From Polaromonas sp. (lineage in GTDB: Bacteria; Pseudomonadota; Gammaproteobacteria; Burkholderiales; Burkholderiaceae_C): a DNA stretch of 64,000 nucleotides. Location of the stretch: assembly GCF_035638815.1 (NCBI RefSeq), contig NZ_DASQZG010000005.1, positions 11,613 to 75,612 of the forward strand. The letters are read 5' to 3'. Of the stretch, positions 18,693 through 27,884 are shown piece after piece. The translations under genes were made by a program, and so were the position numbers. Each line of letters opens with the position of its first letter. Position 1 is the stretch's first letter. Under the pieces are notes generated by a model. It worked only from the letters and a program-made list of their open reading frames with translations, ran no database searches and was not told where the DNA came from.

Positions 18693-21600
18693 TCATCCAT
18701 GCCAACGAGCTTCTACGACGCGAGTGCCACCGCCAACCAAATTCACAACGTGCGTCGAACGCTTGTTGCAAAAGGATTCGAGATATGACTTGATGGCTTT
18801 TGCGGTTTTCAAGGTTTTTCGTTCACTGGGCAGGTGGAATGCCAGCGACTTCGGCATGATTACGATGCATTTCGCTTGAGCCCGAGAGACGGAAACGTTG
18901 ATGCGTTCCAGTTGCAAAAGGAAAAATTCCTCGCCGGCGATGATGTCTACATCACCAACTCCGAATGACACGATGATTGTCTGGCGCTGACCTCCCTGAA
19001 ACTTCTCCACGGTATCAACCGCTTCAGCGATGTCGTTGCGAGTCAGCAGCGGAAAAAGCGAAGATAGCTCGGAAATAATGAGCGCTCGTTGCGCCTTATG
19101 GGGCGTGACGATACCCACTACATTCTCAAGAAGCTCCTTAGGCGTGGGAGCGGCATGCAGCTTCCCAGCATTGAGCGGTTCGAGCTGGGTCGACATGGTC
19201 TTGTACAAACCCCACACCAAGGCCGCGACCATCTTCGCTTCGTGCAGGTTCGCTTGCGAGGCCGTGTCATCTTCATGGATAAGAGTACAGACTGCCTTGC
19301 CGGGAGCGAGCAGAGTTTCCCATGCGTCAGAGGTTGGTAGTGAAGCTGGAAGTCCAGCCATTGCGGCCTTGATGTCGAATAGCTGATGCAATCGCAAGGT
19401 GGGCTGAGCTGATGTGAGCTTCGGAGGATAGTCCAGTGTGAGGGCGAAGTCGACGATGTCTTGATTTGACCGGTAGTTGGTTAGCAGTGGAAGCTCCGCC
19501 ACATTGAAACGCTCGGTGAAATAAGCTTGAATGCTGCCAACGAGATACTCCGAGCCGACCGGGGGATCCAAAGCAGCGATTGGCGGCATTTGCTTCGTGT
19601 CGCCAGCGATGATGAGTTGACTTTCGTCCTTCAGGGTGGCGAGTGGCAAAAGGGCGAGCGTGACAGGGACTTGTGAACTCTCGTCAATAATCGCGATGTC
19701 GAACACGGGGGCAAGAACTGCGACTGCGTCGGCGAGCTCTGCAACTTTTCGGGAAGCATGTGCAGAGGTCGCCACCAGGGTGACGCGCTGGTCAGATAGC
19801 AGACTCGTTCTCAACTGTGCGTATGAAGGTGTTCCTTGCCTTAACGACACGTTCGCGCCGGCAATGTGCGCGGGAAGCAATGGTGAGGGGGGCAATTCGC
19901 GCGACTTCGAGTACGCTCTGAAGAAATCGCATGCAGCGCCACATTGCATGGCCAGAACGCCGAGCGCACGATCCGCCAGCTCCTCAACTGCCCGGTAGTT
20001 CGGACCAGTCAGGAGGACTTTGAGTGGCTTCTTCGCTTGGTTGGCTTCGAGCACCATTGCTGCCACCATCGCAGCCAAGGTGTCGGTCTTGCCCGTGCCT
20101 GGCGGTCCCCAGATCAAGCTTAAGGCGGCTCGCGCAGCGCCTTTAACAGCGTCGTATTGGCTATCGTTGAGCGGTGGGTTCGAGATACCTTTGGCGACAT
20201 TCGCGAGTGTGGTTGCGGCAACCGGTGTACGTCGTGCAGTCTTGGCGAGAGAAGTTGCATCCCACAGTATTTGCGATAGCGTTGTCTGAGGCCCAGTTCC
20301 GGATTTGACGGCCTTTCCCGCCTTGCCAAGAGCCTGAATAGCGTTAGGGTCTGGTTTGGCGTTTTTGGGGTCACCTACGGCATTGAGGACCTCGTCTATT
20401 TCACGCGTTGGATCGTAGGGTGGGCCTTGCAAGAGATACAGGCGCTCAGAAGCAATATTGACCACAGTCGGATGCATGGCTGCGGTAAACAAAGCATCTA
20501 CCCCGGGCCAACTCGCTGCAAACTCCACTTCGGCCAGGCCGGTGGTTCGGTCGAGGGACAGTAGTTGGGCACGAACGATTCTGTGCATCGCAATACCCAA
20601 AACCTTTGCTTCCAAGCTAGGGTCGATCGCCTGAAGGTCGAGGGAGTAACCGTTTTCGAGTGGGAAACCAGGCCGGCTCTCCACGCCGAGCGTGAGGTAA
20701 GCGTTCGGGGCTTCGATCTTCGCTTCAAGAGAGTCAGGACTCACCTTGAATCGGTAGCGTCTGCCCCCGAGATGACTCAACATCTGATCGAGGACGATTG
20801 CTTCGTATCTCGATTCCAGCCCTTCAAGTGGAGCTGCCAAGGCGGCACCAGCCAAAGTGACGGCGGTGGCATGGTCCAACGCGGCCCAACGAGCCCAGAG
20901 TTGTGAATCAAAGGCCAGCGACTTCGAAGTCCCAACCCCGGACAGTTTCAGTCGGCTCACCTTCCCTTTGATCGATGCCTTGAAGTCATGGTCTAGCCGT
21001 GCAACGATGGAGGTCAAGCTATAAGCCATTCCCCGAAGGTGCTTGCAATATCGATCCACGGCGTCGGATAGGCTTTGCTTGTAGGTAGCCCCCCACTCAA
21101 CCACACCGCTTGTGTTTGTCCAGATCTCGAACGTTCGCTCGCGTGGAATTCCGTTTGAAAGCGGCTCTGAGTGAAAGCTGTCGAACTTCAGAGGCGGCAG
21201 GGAAGTGTGCGAGTACTCTCGATTCGTTGCCAGGAGCGTGTAAACGTGTGGCACGGGCAAGTGCATCGCCAGTTCCACGACTTCTTGGATGAATACGATT
21301 GCCGGTGACACGGCGCCGTCTTCTCGCTCTAACAAGGCCTCGGCGGGAAAAAGCCAGGCAAGCGCTCGCTGTTTGGTGTCTTTCAGACCTAACACTCGGG
21401 GAAGATGTCGGCCGAACGCTTTGCACAGCTCCTCGTATTGCCTGAACTCCCAGAAGTAGATTTGTGCGTAGGGCAACTTGGGACTTGCGACCCCGGGTTC
21501 TGCCAACGAAGCCGCCTCCAAGGCGCTGCTAGCCAAGTCATCAATGAACTTGCTCAGCATCATCCATTCCGCATCGTCGTTGTCCCGCTCGACCATATGC

Positions 21601-22961
21601 CCTGTGTATTTCAGATGCGTGAGCGTCCCTGCGCTGCCCCATTTCGGTAGGTAGTCGGCTCGATATCCAATGCCAGTAAGCCGACCTGCCGACGGATCGA
21701 AAGTCACGACCACACTGGCTCGCAGCTCCACACCTTTGCCGATGGTATTGAGCTTGACCGAAGGGCCCACGGCGGCCAGATTGGTGATGAGCGACCCAGC
21801 TCGGCTCGCGAGCGAGTTGCGGTTGCGCTTAAGGAAGGAGTGCTGCGAAAAGGTGGGTGCTGTGGGAGCAAGGGTTTTTAACGCGTGGACGTTCTTGGTT
21901 CCACTGTTCTCCAGCACACGCCGTGCGCCTCGCGAGAGGCTGGCAATCTGGCTCAGGTGACCGGATCCCTTCGCTGCGGGCACGCAGTATCTGTCAGGAC
22001 TTGCATTGAAAATAGCCAAGTCGGCGGGTGACAACCAGTCCTGGAAGCCCAGCCAATCACAAGCGTTGCAGCGATTCCCGACGTGGTAGTCAACGGCCTG
22101 CCATCCGGCCTTGTCGCCAAGCCGCACTACGCGCGGTACGTCCTCCGCAAAGAACTTCTTGACGCTGGGCATGAACTGCAGAAAGTCCACTTCCTCTTTG
22201 CTCAGGTCCCGGACGAGCGCATGGATCAGATCTGATTTGAGTGCAGTGGGTTGCGCTTTGTACAAAGCGTCGAACTCCGTGAGAAAAGGTGTCGTCCAGA
22301 GGTACGTTTTCTCAGACACGTAGTACTTATCCTCCAGGCCATGCGCCTCAAGCCAATTCGCCAGGATGACGGCGTACATGCAGACCTCCGCCGCATAGCT
22401 CGCATTGCCCTCGGTGACATTCTTAAGATCTATCACGCAGAGCGCTTGGCGGGTATCCCCTGGCTCGATGCGCTTGCGGCCTCCGCTGCACGTTGCCTGC
22501 CACTCCCCTGGCGATGCGGCATCCACCAGCACAATGTCAGGGCGCATACCGGACAGTGGTGGGATGAGGTGCTGATCTCCTGGGGCGACGCTCAAATTGT
22601 CAAAGATCCGCTGGCGAAGCGGTTCAGGCTCAATGGCAGGCTGAATGCACAGAGTTGTCCCGGTGATCGTGGGCAGCTCTTTCAATAAGTCGACGTCCGC
22701 GAAGTTGGGTCGATGTCTTACCTCTTTGCCCAGCCTTGTGACAAGCATCTGGAACTGGTCTTTTTCGAACCGGTCACCGGCACCGGTCACTAGCTGAACG
22801 TTTTGACGCGATTTCAGGGGTGCAGGCAGCCCCGCCGCGGCAATCTCTGCTGGTTTGCCTCTAAATAAAGACAGATACAGTTCCCGATCGCACTGGGTGC
22901 GCAGGAACATGGAAAGCTTCGATTTCGACAAGTGCCTGGGTGGCATCGGTACTGTTGTCAA
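18693..22961 (-). CDS. 1422-aa fusion: N-terminal Cas4/RecB-like PD-(D/E)xK nuclease, central region (possibly degenerate RNase H-like), C-terminal Upf1/Dna2-like SF1B helicase
   Basis: TTG start 8 nt after AGGAGG. Nuclease motifs MRPDIVLVD, CVIDLKNV, YAAEVCMYAV plus Cys cluster (QCDRE, NRCNACDW, RYC). Helicase motifs GPPGTGKT, IIDESSQV, GDTKQMPP, TNYRSNQDIV, VTPHKAQ, VEKFQGGQRQTIIVS, NVSVSRAQAKCIVI. Confidence 0.8.
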   Translation of the reverse strand: MTTVPMPPRHLSKSKLSMFLRTQCDRELYLSLFRGKPAEIAAAGLPAPLKSRQNVQLVTGAGDRFEKDQFQMLVTRLGKEVRHRPNFADVDLLKELPTITGTTLCIQPAIEPEPLRQRIFDNLSVAPGDQHLIPPLSGMRPDIVLVDAASPGEWQATCSGGRKRIEPGDTRQALCVIDLKNVTEGNASYAAEVCMYAVILANWLEAHGLEDKYYVSEKTYLWTTPFLTEFDALYKAQPTALKSDLIHALVRDLSKEEVDFLQFMPSVKKFFAEDVPRVVRLGDKAGWQAVDYHVGNRCNACDWLGFQDWLSPADLAIFNASPDRYCVPAAKGSGHLSQIASLSRGARRVLENSGTKNVHALKTLAPTAPTFSQHSFLKRNRNSLASRAGSLITNLAAVGPSVKLNTIGKGVELRASVVVTFDPSAGRLTGIGYRADYLPKWGSAGTLTHLKYTGHMVERDNDDAEWMMLSKFIDDLASSALEAASLAEPGVASPKLPYAQIYFWEFRQYEELCKAFGRHLPRVLGLKDTKQRALAWLFPAEALLEREDGAVSPAIVFIQEVVELAMHLPVPHVYTLLATNREYSHTSLPPLKFDSFHSEPLSNGIPRERTFEIWTNTSGVVEWGATYKQSLSDAVDRYCKHLRGMAYSLTSIVARLDHDFKASIKGKVSRLKLSGVGTSKSLAFDSQLWARWAALDHATAVTLAGAALAAPLEGLESRYEAIVLDQMLSHLGGRRYRFKVSPDSLEAKIEAPNAYLTLGVESRPGFPLENGYSLDLQAIDPSLEAKVLGIAMHRIVRAQLLSLDRTTGLAEVEFAASWPGVDALFTAAMHPTVVNIASERLYLLQGPPYDPTREIDEVLNAVGDPKNAKPDPNAIQALGKAGKAVKSGTGPQTTLSQILWDATSLAKTARRTPVAATTLANVAKGISNPPLNDSQYDAVKGAARAALSLIWGPPGTGKTDTLAAMVAAMVLEANQAKKPLKVLLTGPNYRAVEELADRALGVLAMQCGAACDFFRAYSKSRELPPSPLLPAHIAGANVSLRQGTPSYAQLRTSLLSDQRVTLVATSAHASRKVAELADAVAVLAPVFDIAIIDESSQVPVTLALLPLATLKDESQLIIAGDTKQMPPIAALDPPVGSEYLVGSIQAYFTERFNVAELPLLTNYRSNQDIVDFALTLDYPPKLTSAQPTLRLHQLFDIKAAMAGLPASLPTSDAWETLLAPGKAVCTLIHEDDTASQANLHEAKMVAALVWGLYKTMSTQLEPLNAGKLHAAPTPKELLENVVGIVTPHKAQRALIISELSSLFPLLTRNDIAEAVDTVEKFQGGQRQTIIVSFGVGDVDIIAGEEFFLLQLERINVSVSRAQAKCIVIMPKSLAFHLPSERKTLKTAKAIKSYLESFCNKRSTHVVNLVGGGTRVVEARWHG

Positions 22962-23579
22962 TTGCCTTTCCTCCTTTGGGCCCCATCAGCACGTTCGCAT
23001 CGAAGCTGGCGCTCAGTGTACTGCCACGTTGCATTCGCTTACACGACTGACAGGGGCGAGTGAATGCCGCTGGGTGTTCGCCGTCAGCCCGCTTTCATTC
23101 CACTATTGCGCCTCCCAATGGCTTCCCTCCTGCAATTAGAGGAGGTCGGCAATACCGCCTACTAAAGAGCGCTTTGTTTGTATGCTCGTGGCTTGTCTAC
23201 TATGGGTAATAAGGATGTTCATGCGAAGCCCAACCGCAGTGCCGCCGAAGGCCCCAACCTTCGAGCGCCAGTATCCGCGCCCGGTCACTAGAAAGCGCCG
23301 CGGCGCATGCAATGGTCACTAGCTTGGCCAACAAGGTCAAGATACGGCAGGATTCTCGGGTGCGTCGATAGTTGCGAAAAATTGCCGAGCAATAAACCGT
23401 GAGAGAAATCCGCCTCTACTGGGCCGACCATGTAGGTCATCATGAAGACCAACTAAGGAGCGGTGGCATTTGGATCCCAGTAAGCGAAGCAGCGCCGCGA
23501 CCTTCAAATTGTCACTGAGGCTGGCAACGAGATCTACGGCGCTGGCTCGCATTTGGCGGAATAACGCGAGGCGTAGAAC

Positions 23580-24359
23580 CTAAACCTGCTTGGCCAGGAA
23601 TTCTGTGAAGGTGGAAAAAGAGCGCTGTCCTTTTGCAGTATTAAGTTTGGCCAAGATTGTCTTGGCAATGCGCTGTTGCAGATAGGCGCACAGCGGTTCA
23701 AACTTCTCAATGGGCAGCAGCTTCCACGGCGACCCGAACTGAGTTTCAATATTCACTGACAGGACTCCGTAGCTGAACTTTTTAGTCCGGGTCTTGTCGG
23801 CACTTGCAAATTCGTTGTACCGCTTGATCAAATACTGCACGTAGCGGCTCAACTGCTGGTCCGCACCGATCGTGCCGTGTGGCGCATTCACCAGAACAGA
23901 ACGACGGCTGGTCTTCACAGTGACTGTATGGGCCTGTATCGCTCCAGGACTGTTGATCGCGACATAGCCCGTGTTGTTGATGACAGTGATTCGCTTCAGA
24001 TCATTTAAAAGAATTTTCGCGAAGAAGGCGTCAGTTGGTTGCTCGGGCCGACCCGCAACGCCCTCGTGAATGGTTTTTATTTCCTGAAGGGCATCGACGC
24101 TGTAAAGCTCTGGCTCGGAATCCACAACCTTGTGATGATGTCTGCATAAAAGGATCAGGTTGGCGAAGTCATGTCGAGCCTCCTCAGCTTGCGCAGGATC
24201 AAACCGAGGGCCTCCATGTCTTCTGGCTTTGATGTGGCAGATTTCCCCGGTTACGGTGCCGGCGCTCTCAACAATGGGAAGCGCGCAGCCGGGATAAGCG
24301 CAAACATTGCCGGAAAGCGCGAACAGGCGCTTGATGGTCTTGTCGCTAGGTTCTGCCAA
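23580..24359 (-). CDS. HNH endonuclease with uncharacterised C-terminal domain
   Basis: N-terminal HNH core: NVCAYPGC...EICHIKARRHGGPR...NLILLCRHHHKVVD. Confidence 0.75.
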   Translation of the reverse strand: MAEPSDKTIKRLFALSGNVCAYPGCALPIVESAGTVTGEICHIKARRHGGPRFDPAQAEEARHDFANLILLCRHHHKVVDSEPELYSVDALQEIKTIHEGVAGRPEQPTDAFFAKILLNDLKRITVINNTGYVAINSPGAIQAHTVTVKTSRRSVLVNAPHGTIGADQQLSRYVQYLIKRYNEFASADKTRTKKFSYGVLSVNIETQFGSPWKLLPIEKFEPLCAYLQQRIAKTILAKLNTAKGQRSFSTFTEFLAKQV

Positions 24360-24503
24360 TCAGGTTCCTGGGGTTTGGGTGGGAGGATGTCAATCATGAT
24401 GTGCCTTCGCCACTCTCACGGACTTTTGTTTGCAAGGCAGCCCACAGCCATTCTGCGGTTAATAGGCTCGACGTAAATACTACACTGGGCTTAGGAGATT
24501 TTC

Positions 24504-24800
24504 ATGGTCATATCAACCCTCACTATCGACATCAACAAGGATGCGCCTGGCGTTTACACCGCTCATGCTATGAATGGAGACGTTCTAGTGACCGATCCAA
24601 ATAGCTACGATCGAATTGAGGCTGCGATTCGAGGGGAGGCGAGTAATATTCCGGAGGCGTTTGCCTGCTTTGTGGTTTTCACCTACGGTGGAATATCGAC
24701 AGGAACCCTGACCATTGCCGAAGCGATTGCACGCGCGTCCCAGCTTGCTGACCGCCTTATCGAACTAATTGCCGAAGAGCATCGACTTATGGGGCGCTGA
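24504..24800 (+). CDS. hypothetical protein (98 aa)
   Basis: ATG preceded by AGGAG. Divergent from the HNH gene and 30 nt upstream of the next ORF. No motif recognised. Confidence 0.5.
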   Translation: MVISTLTIDINKDAPGVYTAHAMNGDVLVTDPNSYDRIEAAIRGEASNIPEAFACFVVFTYGGISTGTLTIAEAIARASQLADRLIELIAEEHRLMGR

Positions 24801-24830
24801 ACTGACTAAGACCCAATACTGAGGATAAAT

Positions 24831-26117
24831 ATGGCTGGTGCTAGCAAAAAGTTGGGGCTTAAGAAGATCAAAGACCGCTTGTTGATTCCTGGCGACATCA
24901 TTCTTACAACAACCAGGGATGTGTTGAGTGCGGCAATTCGAGTTGCGACCTTTGGCGATATTTCCCATGCGATGGTTTGCGTGGACGATAGCAGCGTGAT
25001 TGATGCGACGGGCGAAGGAGTTCACGCGCGAAACGTGCAGCGACTGTTGTTTGATGAGAACTATCCAGTTCATGTGTTGCGTCTTCGCACTCCACCCTCC
25101 GCCACACAGTTGAAAATAATTGATCAGTTTCTCCGCGGAAACATTGGAACGCAGTATTCAAAGGTAGCGGCGGCGCAATCCCTCTTCGGGGGTGGGCTTG
25201 TAAGCAGAAAACAATTTTGCTCCCGGCTGGTGGCACAGGCATTCGCCTTGGCTGGCATCCAATTGGTGGATCAGTCGGACTTCTGTTTTCCCGTAGAAAT
25301 TCTACGGAGCCCACTTTTGATCGAGATCTCTGACTCGACTCAACTAATCACCCTTGGCGAAGCAGCTGCCTGGGAGGGCGTCGAAGATGTCCCGCAATTA
25401 ATGCGTGACGCCATCAACGCAGTGCTAAAGGCTGCACGTTCGTTGTCCGACAAAATTCAAACTTTTGACGACATTCACGCCTATCTGATAGCCCACCCCC
25501 ACGAAGACACTTTTATGTCGGAGGCTCTAGCAGCGTCTGGATACCTATCTGTTTGGCAAGTGGAGGCCAACAAAAATCCCTGGCAGTATCAAGATGCCCT
25601 GTTAAACGATGTGCCCGAATCTGAAGCAAGGAAGTACTGCCTTCGCTTGATTGAAAGTGAATCGGATGGGCCCCACCGGTTCGTAGTGAATCGAGGAGCT
25701 TATGTTGCACTTCACGCATTACATAGGCTTCATTTCTTCGCGGCACTCATGGATTTGTACGAACTCCTTGCCGAACAGCATCGAACCCGCATCAATGTAG
25801 CGACGCATTGGTTGAATTCTCGCGGGCTACTTGATCTTGAGAACGTGCGACCGGTCCGTCCTCATTCTGCGGAGTGGTTTGAACAGTTGGAAATCTGGAA
25901 TCCCCCTCAAGCCGCGATGACTCGACAAGTCACTAACCTATCGGGAGGCTTAGAGGTTTGTTCGGTATGCGGCGATGATCCTGCAAGTGACTACATGCTC
26001 GTGGAAGGAGCTCCCGCCGGTGGTCCGGGAACCCTGAGACTTTGCGATTTTTGCGTGCGACATCGACGCAATTCGATGGGGGACTTGTTCGTTCCTTTTC
26101 CGGAAGAAATACCATAG
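24831..26117 (+). CDS. permuted papain-fold (YiiX/YaeF C92-like) peptidase domain protein with C-terminal zinc ribbon
   Basis: His-before-Cys order (GDISHAMVCV ... QFCSRLVAQAF) typical of permuted NlpC/P60-PPPDE-like folds. C-terminal CSVCG...LCDFC (CxxC-N-CxxC). RBS GAGGA. Confidence 0.6.
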   Translation: MAGASKKLGLKKIKDRLLIPGDIILTTTRDVLSAAIRVATFGDISHAMVCVDDSSVIDATGEGVHARNVQRLLFDENYPVHVLRLRTPPSATQLKIIDQFLRGNIGTQYSKVAAAQSLFGGGLVSRKQFCSRLVAQAFALAGIQLVDQSDFCFPVEILRSPLLIEISDSTQLITLGEAAAWEGVEDVPQLMRDAINAVLKAARSLSDKIQTFDDIHAYLIAHPHEDTFMSEALAASGYLSVWQVEANKNPWQYQDALLNDVPESEARKYCLRLIESESDGPHRFVVNRGAYVALHALHRLHFFAALMDLYELLAEQHRTRINVATHWLNSRGLLDLENVRPVRPHSAEWFEQLEIWNPPQAAMTRQVTNLSGGLEVCSVCGDDPASDYMLVEGAPAGGPGTLRLCDFCVRHRRNSMGDLFVPFPEEIP

Positions 26118-26623
26118 AGATTCGCGCTCGATCAGTCTCTAAGGAGATTTAATAATCGCAGCCAATTCCGCGCCTCATTTATCAAGAGTTCTGCCTCTGG
26201 ATCACTAGCCGACCTGTCGGTGACGTCCGCCCAGTCAGTTGACTTGCATCAAGTTGAAATTTTCTCCGAGCACCGGGCGCTCCCCGAATACCCCGATCAA
26301 CCGCGATTCGAGCAGTTCGCGATGCTATTGCCCACGGATGCTTCTCAGACAATGACATCCACCGCACCTAAGAACCGACCAAGGATCTCATAGTAAGAGA
26401 CATAAAACTGCCTGCCGGATAGCTCCGCGCCGGAGCCATGCCTGCCCCGCAACGCATTTTGAAGAGGTCCGATTCAGCGTTTTGGGTTCTACTGCTGGAA
26501 TGCCAGACCCTACAACCGAGTTGCAGCGACCTGAATAACGCTTTGTCTGCGTCCCGGCGTATCGCCGTCGGGCTCTCGGACTTTGTCCCGCACCTTCCGG
26601 TCGCGGCCTGCGGGCTTTGATCC

Positions 26624-26856
26624 CTGACGCCTGTGCCAGCCTTGCTGGCTGCGCGCTGCGCTTGCCACGGTCAGTGAGTGAAGGGGTGGGTTCGCTGTTC
26701 CCTCCAACCTATCACGCCGTTCTCGTGGTCAAGGTCTGCACACCCGTGCTTCGCTCGTGCGTTTGCGTCCTTGCGGCCGTCTTCGAACCTTGACAACTGC
26801 GCTGCGCCGTGCCGGTGCCGGTCTCGGGCAATCCCGCCCGGATCAAGGAGTCGACC
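26624..26856 (+). promoter_or_regulatory. conserved ~230-nt non-coding leader, copy 1 (upstream of radC)
   Basis: Shares long identical blocks with 31233-31458: ctgacgcct, tcgaaccttgac, ctgcgctgcg, the 21-mer ccggtctcgggcaatcccgcc (26818-26838) and caaggag-N-gaccATG. No ORF. Confidence 0.6.
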
Positions 26857-27366
26857 ATGTCGCATGATTTTTCTTCCTTCAATTCCTTCGCACTTTTTGT
26901 CCGGGACGTTACGGGCACATATCGCGAAGCCCAAACCGATGAAGTGCTTCAAGCTGCTCAAAGTATGCTCCTAAGCCGGGTGCGCAACACCGAAGTATTT
27001 ACCTCCCCGCAAGCAGTTCGGGATTTTCTGCGGGTTCGTCTGAGTGCCTTGGAGCACGAGATTTTTGCGGTGCTGCATCTGGATGCACAGAACCGAGTGC
27101 TTGAATACGTGGAGATGTTTCGAGGCACTGTGTCGCAAACTTCGGTGTATCCGCGCGAGGTGGTCAAGGAAAGTCTGGCACGCAACAGTGCGGCAGTCAT
27201 CCTGGTACACAATCATCCGAGCGGAGCAGCTCAACCTTCGCGGGCCGACGAAGCGCTGACGCAAACACTCAAAGCAGCACTTTCGCTGGTGGACGTTCGG
27301 GTGCTGGATCATCTGATCGTCGCAGGAGCGGATGTCGTCTCTTTTGCTGAAATGGGACTGCTCTAG
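26857..27366 (+). CDS. radC: RadC-family JAB domain protein
   Basis: ATG 26857 after AAGGAG. JAMM motif HNHPSGAAQPSRAD; C-terminal VLDHLIV. Confidence 0.9.
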   Translation: MSHDFSSFNSFALFVRDVTGTYREAQTDEVLQAAQSMLLSRVRNTEVFTSPQAVRDFLRVRLSALEHEIFAVLHLDAQNRVLEYVEMFRGTVSQTSVYPREVVKESLARNSAAVILVHNHPSGAAQPSRADEALTQTLKAALSLVDVRVLDHLIVAGADVVSFAEMGLL

Positions 27367-27404
27367 TCCCAGGGGCCACAGCCCCTTTTTTAGCCACCGA
27401 GGCC

Positions 27405-27623
27405 TCACTCGGCCGTGTGGATCTCTACCGATGCGTCTTTCTCCACTTTCACAGGAGTCAGCCAGGCCGCCGCAGCTTCTTCTGGTGGCATCGCGCGCAA
27501 TTGCACGTCTTGCCATAGGTCCACCGCCAGCTCCTCCAATTGAGCCGGCTCGACGGTGCGCCAGTGCTGGTGGAGCCGACCGGCGCACTGGGCAATCCAC
27601 TGGGTGGGCAGGAGAGTATCCAT
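27405..27623 (-). CDS. hypothetical protein (72 aa)
   Basis: ORF with plausible composition; start uncertain, no clear RBS. Confidence 0.35.
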   Translation of the reverse strand: MDTLLPTQWIAQCAGRLHQHWRTVEPAQLEELAVDLWQDVQLRAMPPEEAAAAWLTPVKVEKDASVEIHTAE

Positions 27624-27884
27624 AGGTAAATCATACTGTACATCCATACAGTTCGCAAGTACCATGGCTTGCCATTTAGATACCAGAGCACGAAGCATGA
27701 GTCCCTCCCCCCACCTCCGCGCAGCCATTCAAGCTGCGCCTCCATTTCTACCGCCGCGCCCGGTGCGCACCCTGGTCTGGCCTTTCATCATCGGCCGCAA
27801 GCCAGCGGCTGTTTGTCCCATTCGTGCCCGCGCTGCAGCGGTCATCGCCACCACCGCCAGGCACTGGTTATCCTCTGTCGAGTC

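Noticed and set aside
23227-23240. 14-mer gcccaaccgcagtg shared with 60598-60611, considered as possible island boundaries
   Set aside because: A few chance 14-mer repeats are expected in 64 kb on both strands. The flanks do not align, and no recombinase logic fits.
23337-23552. 71-aa minus-strand ORF between the HNH gene and the helicase
   Set aside because: It has no Shine-Dalgarno sequence and no recognisable motif, so it is left uncalled.
26789-26796. TTGACA inside the conserved leader, considered as a sigma-70 -35 box
   Set aside because: No acceptable -10 hexamer lies 16-19 nt downstream in either copy. A double-stranded promoter is not supported.
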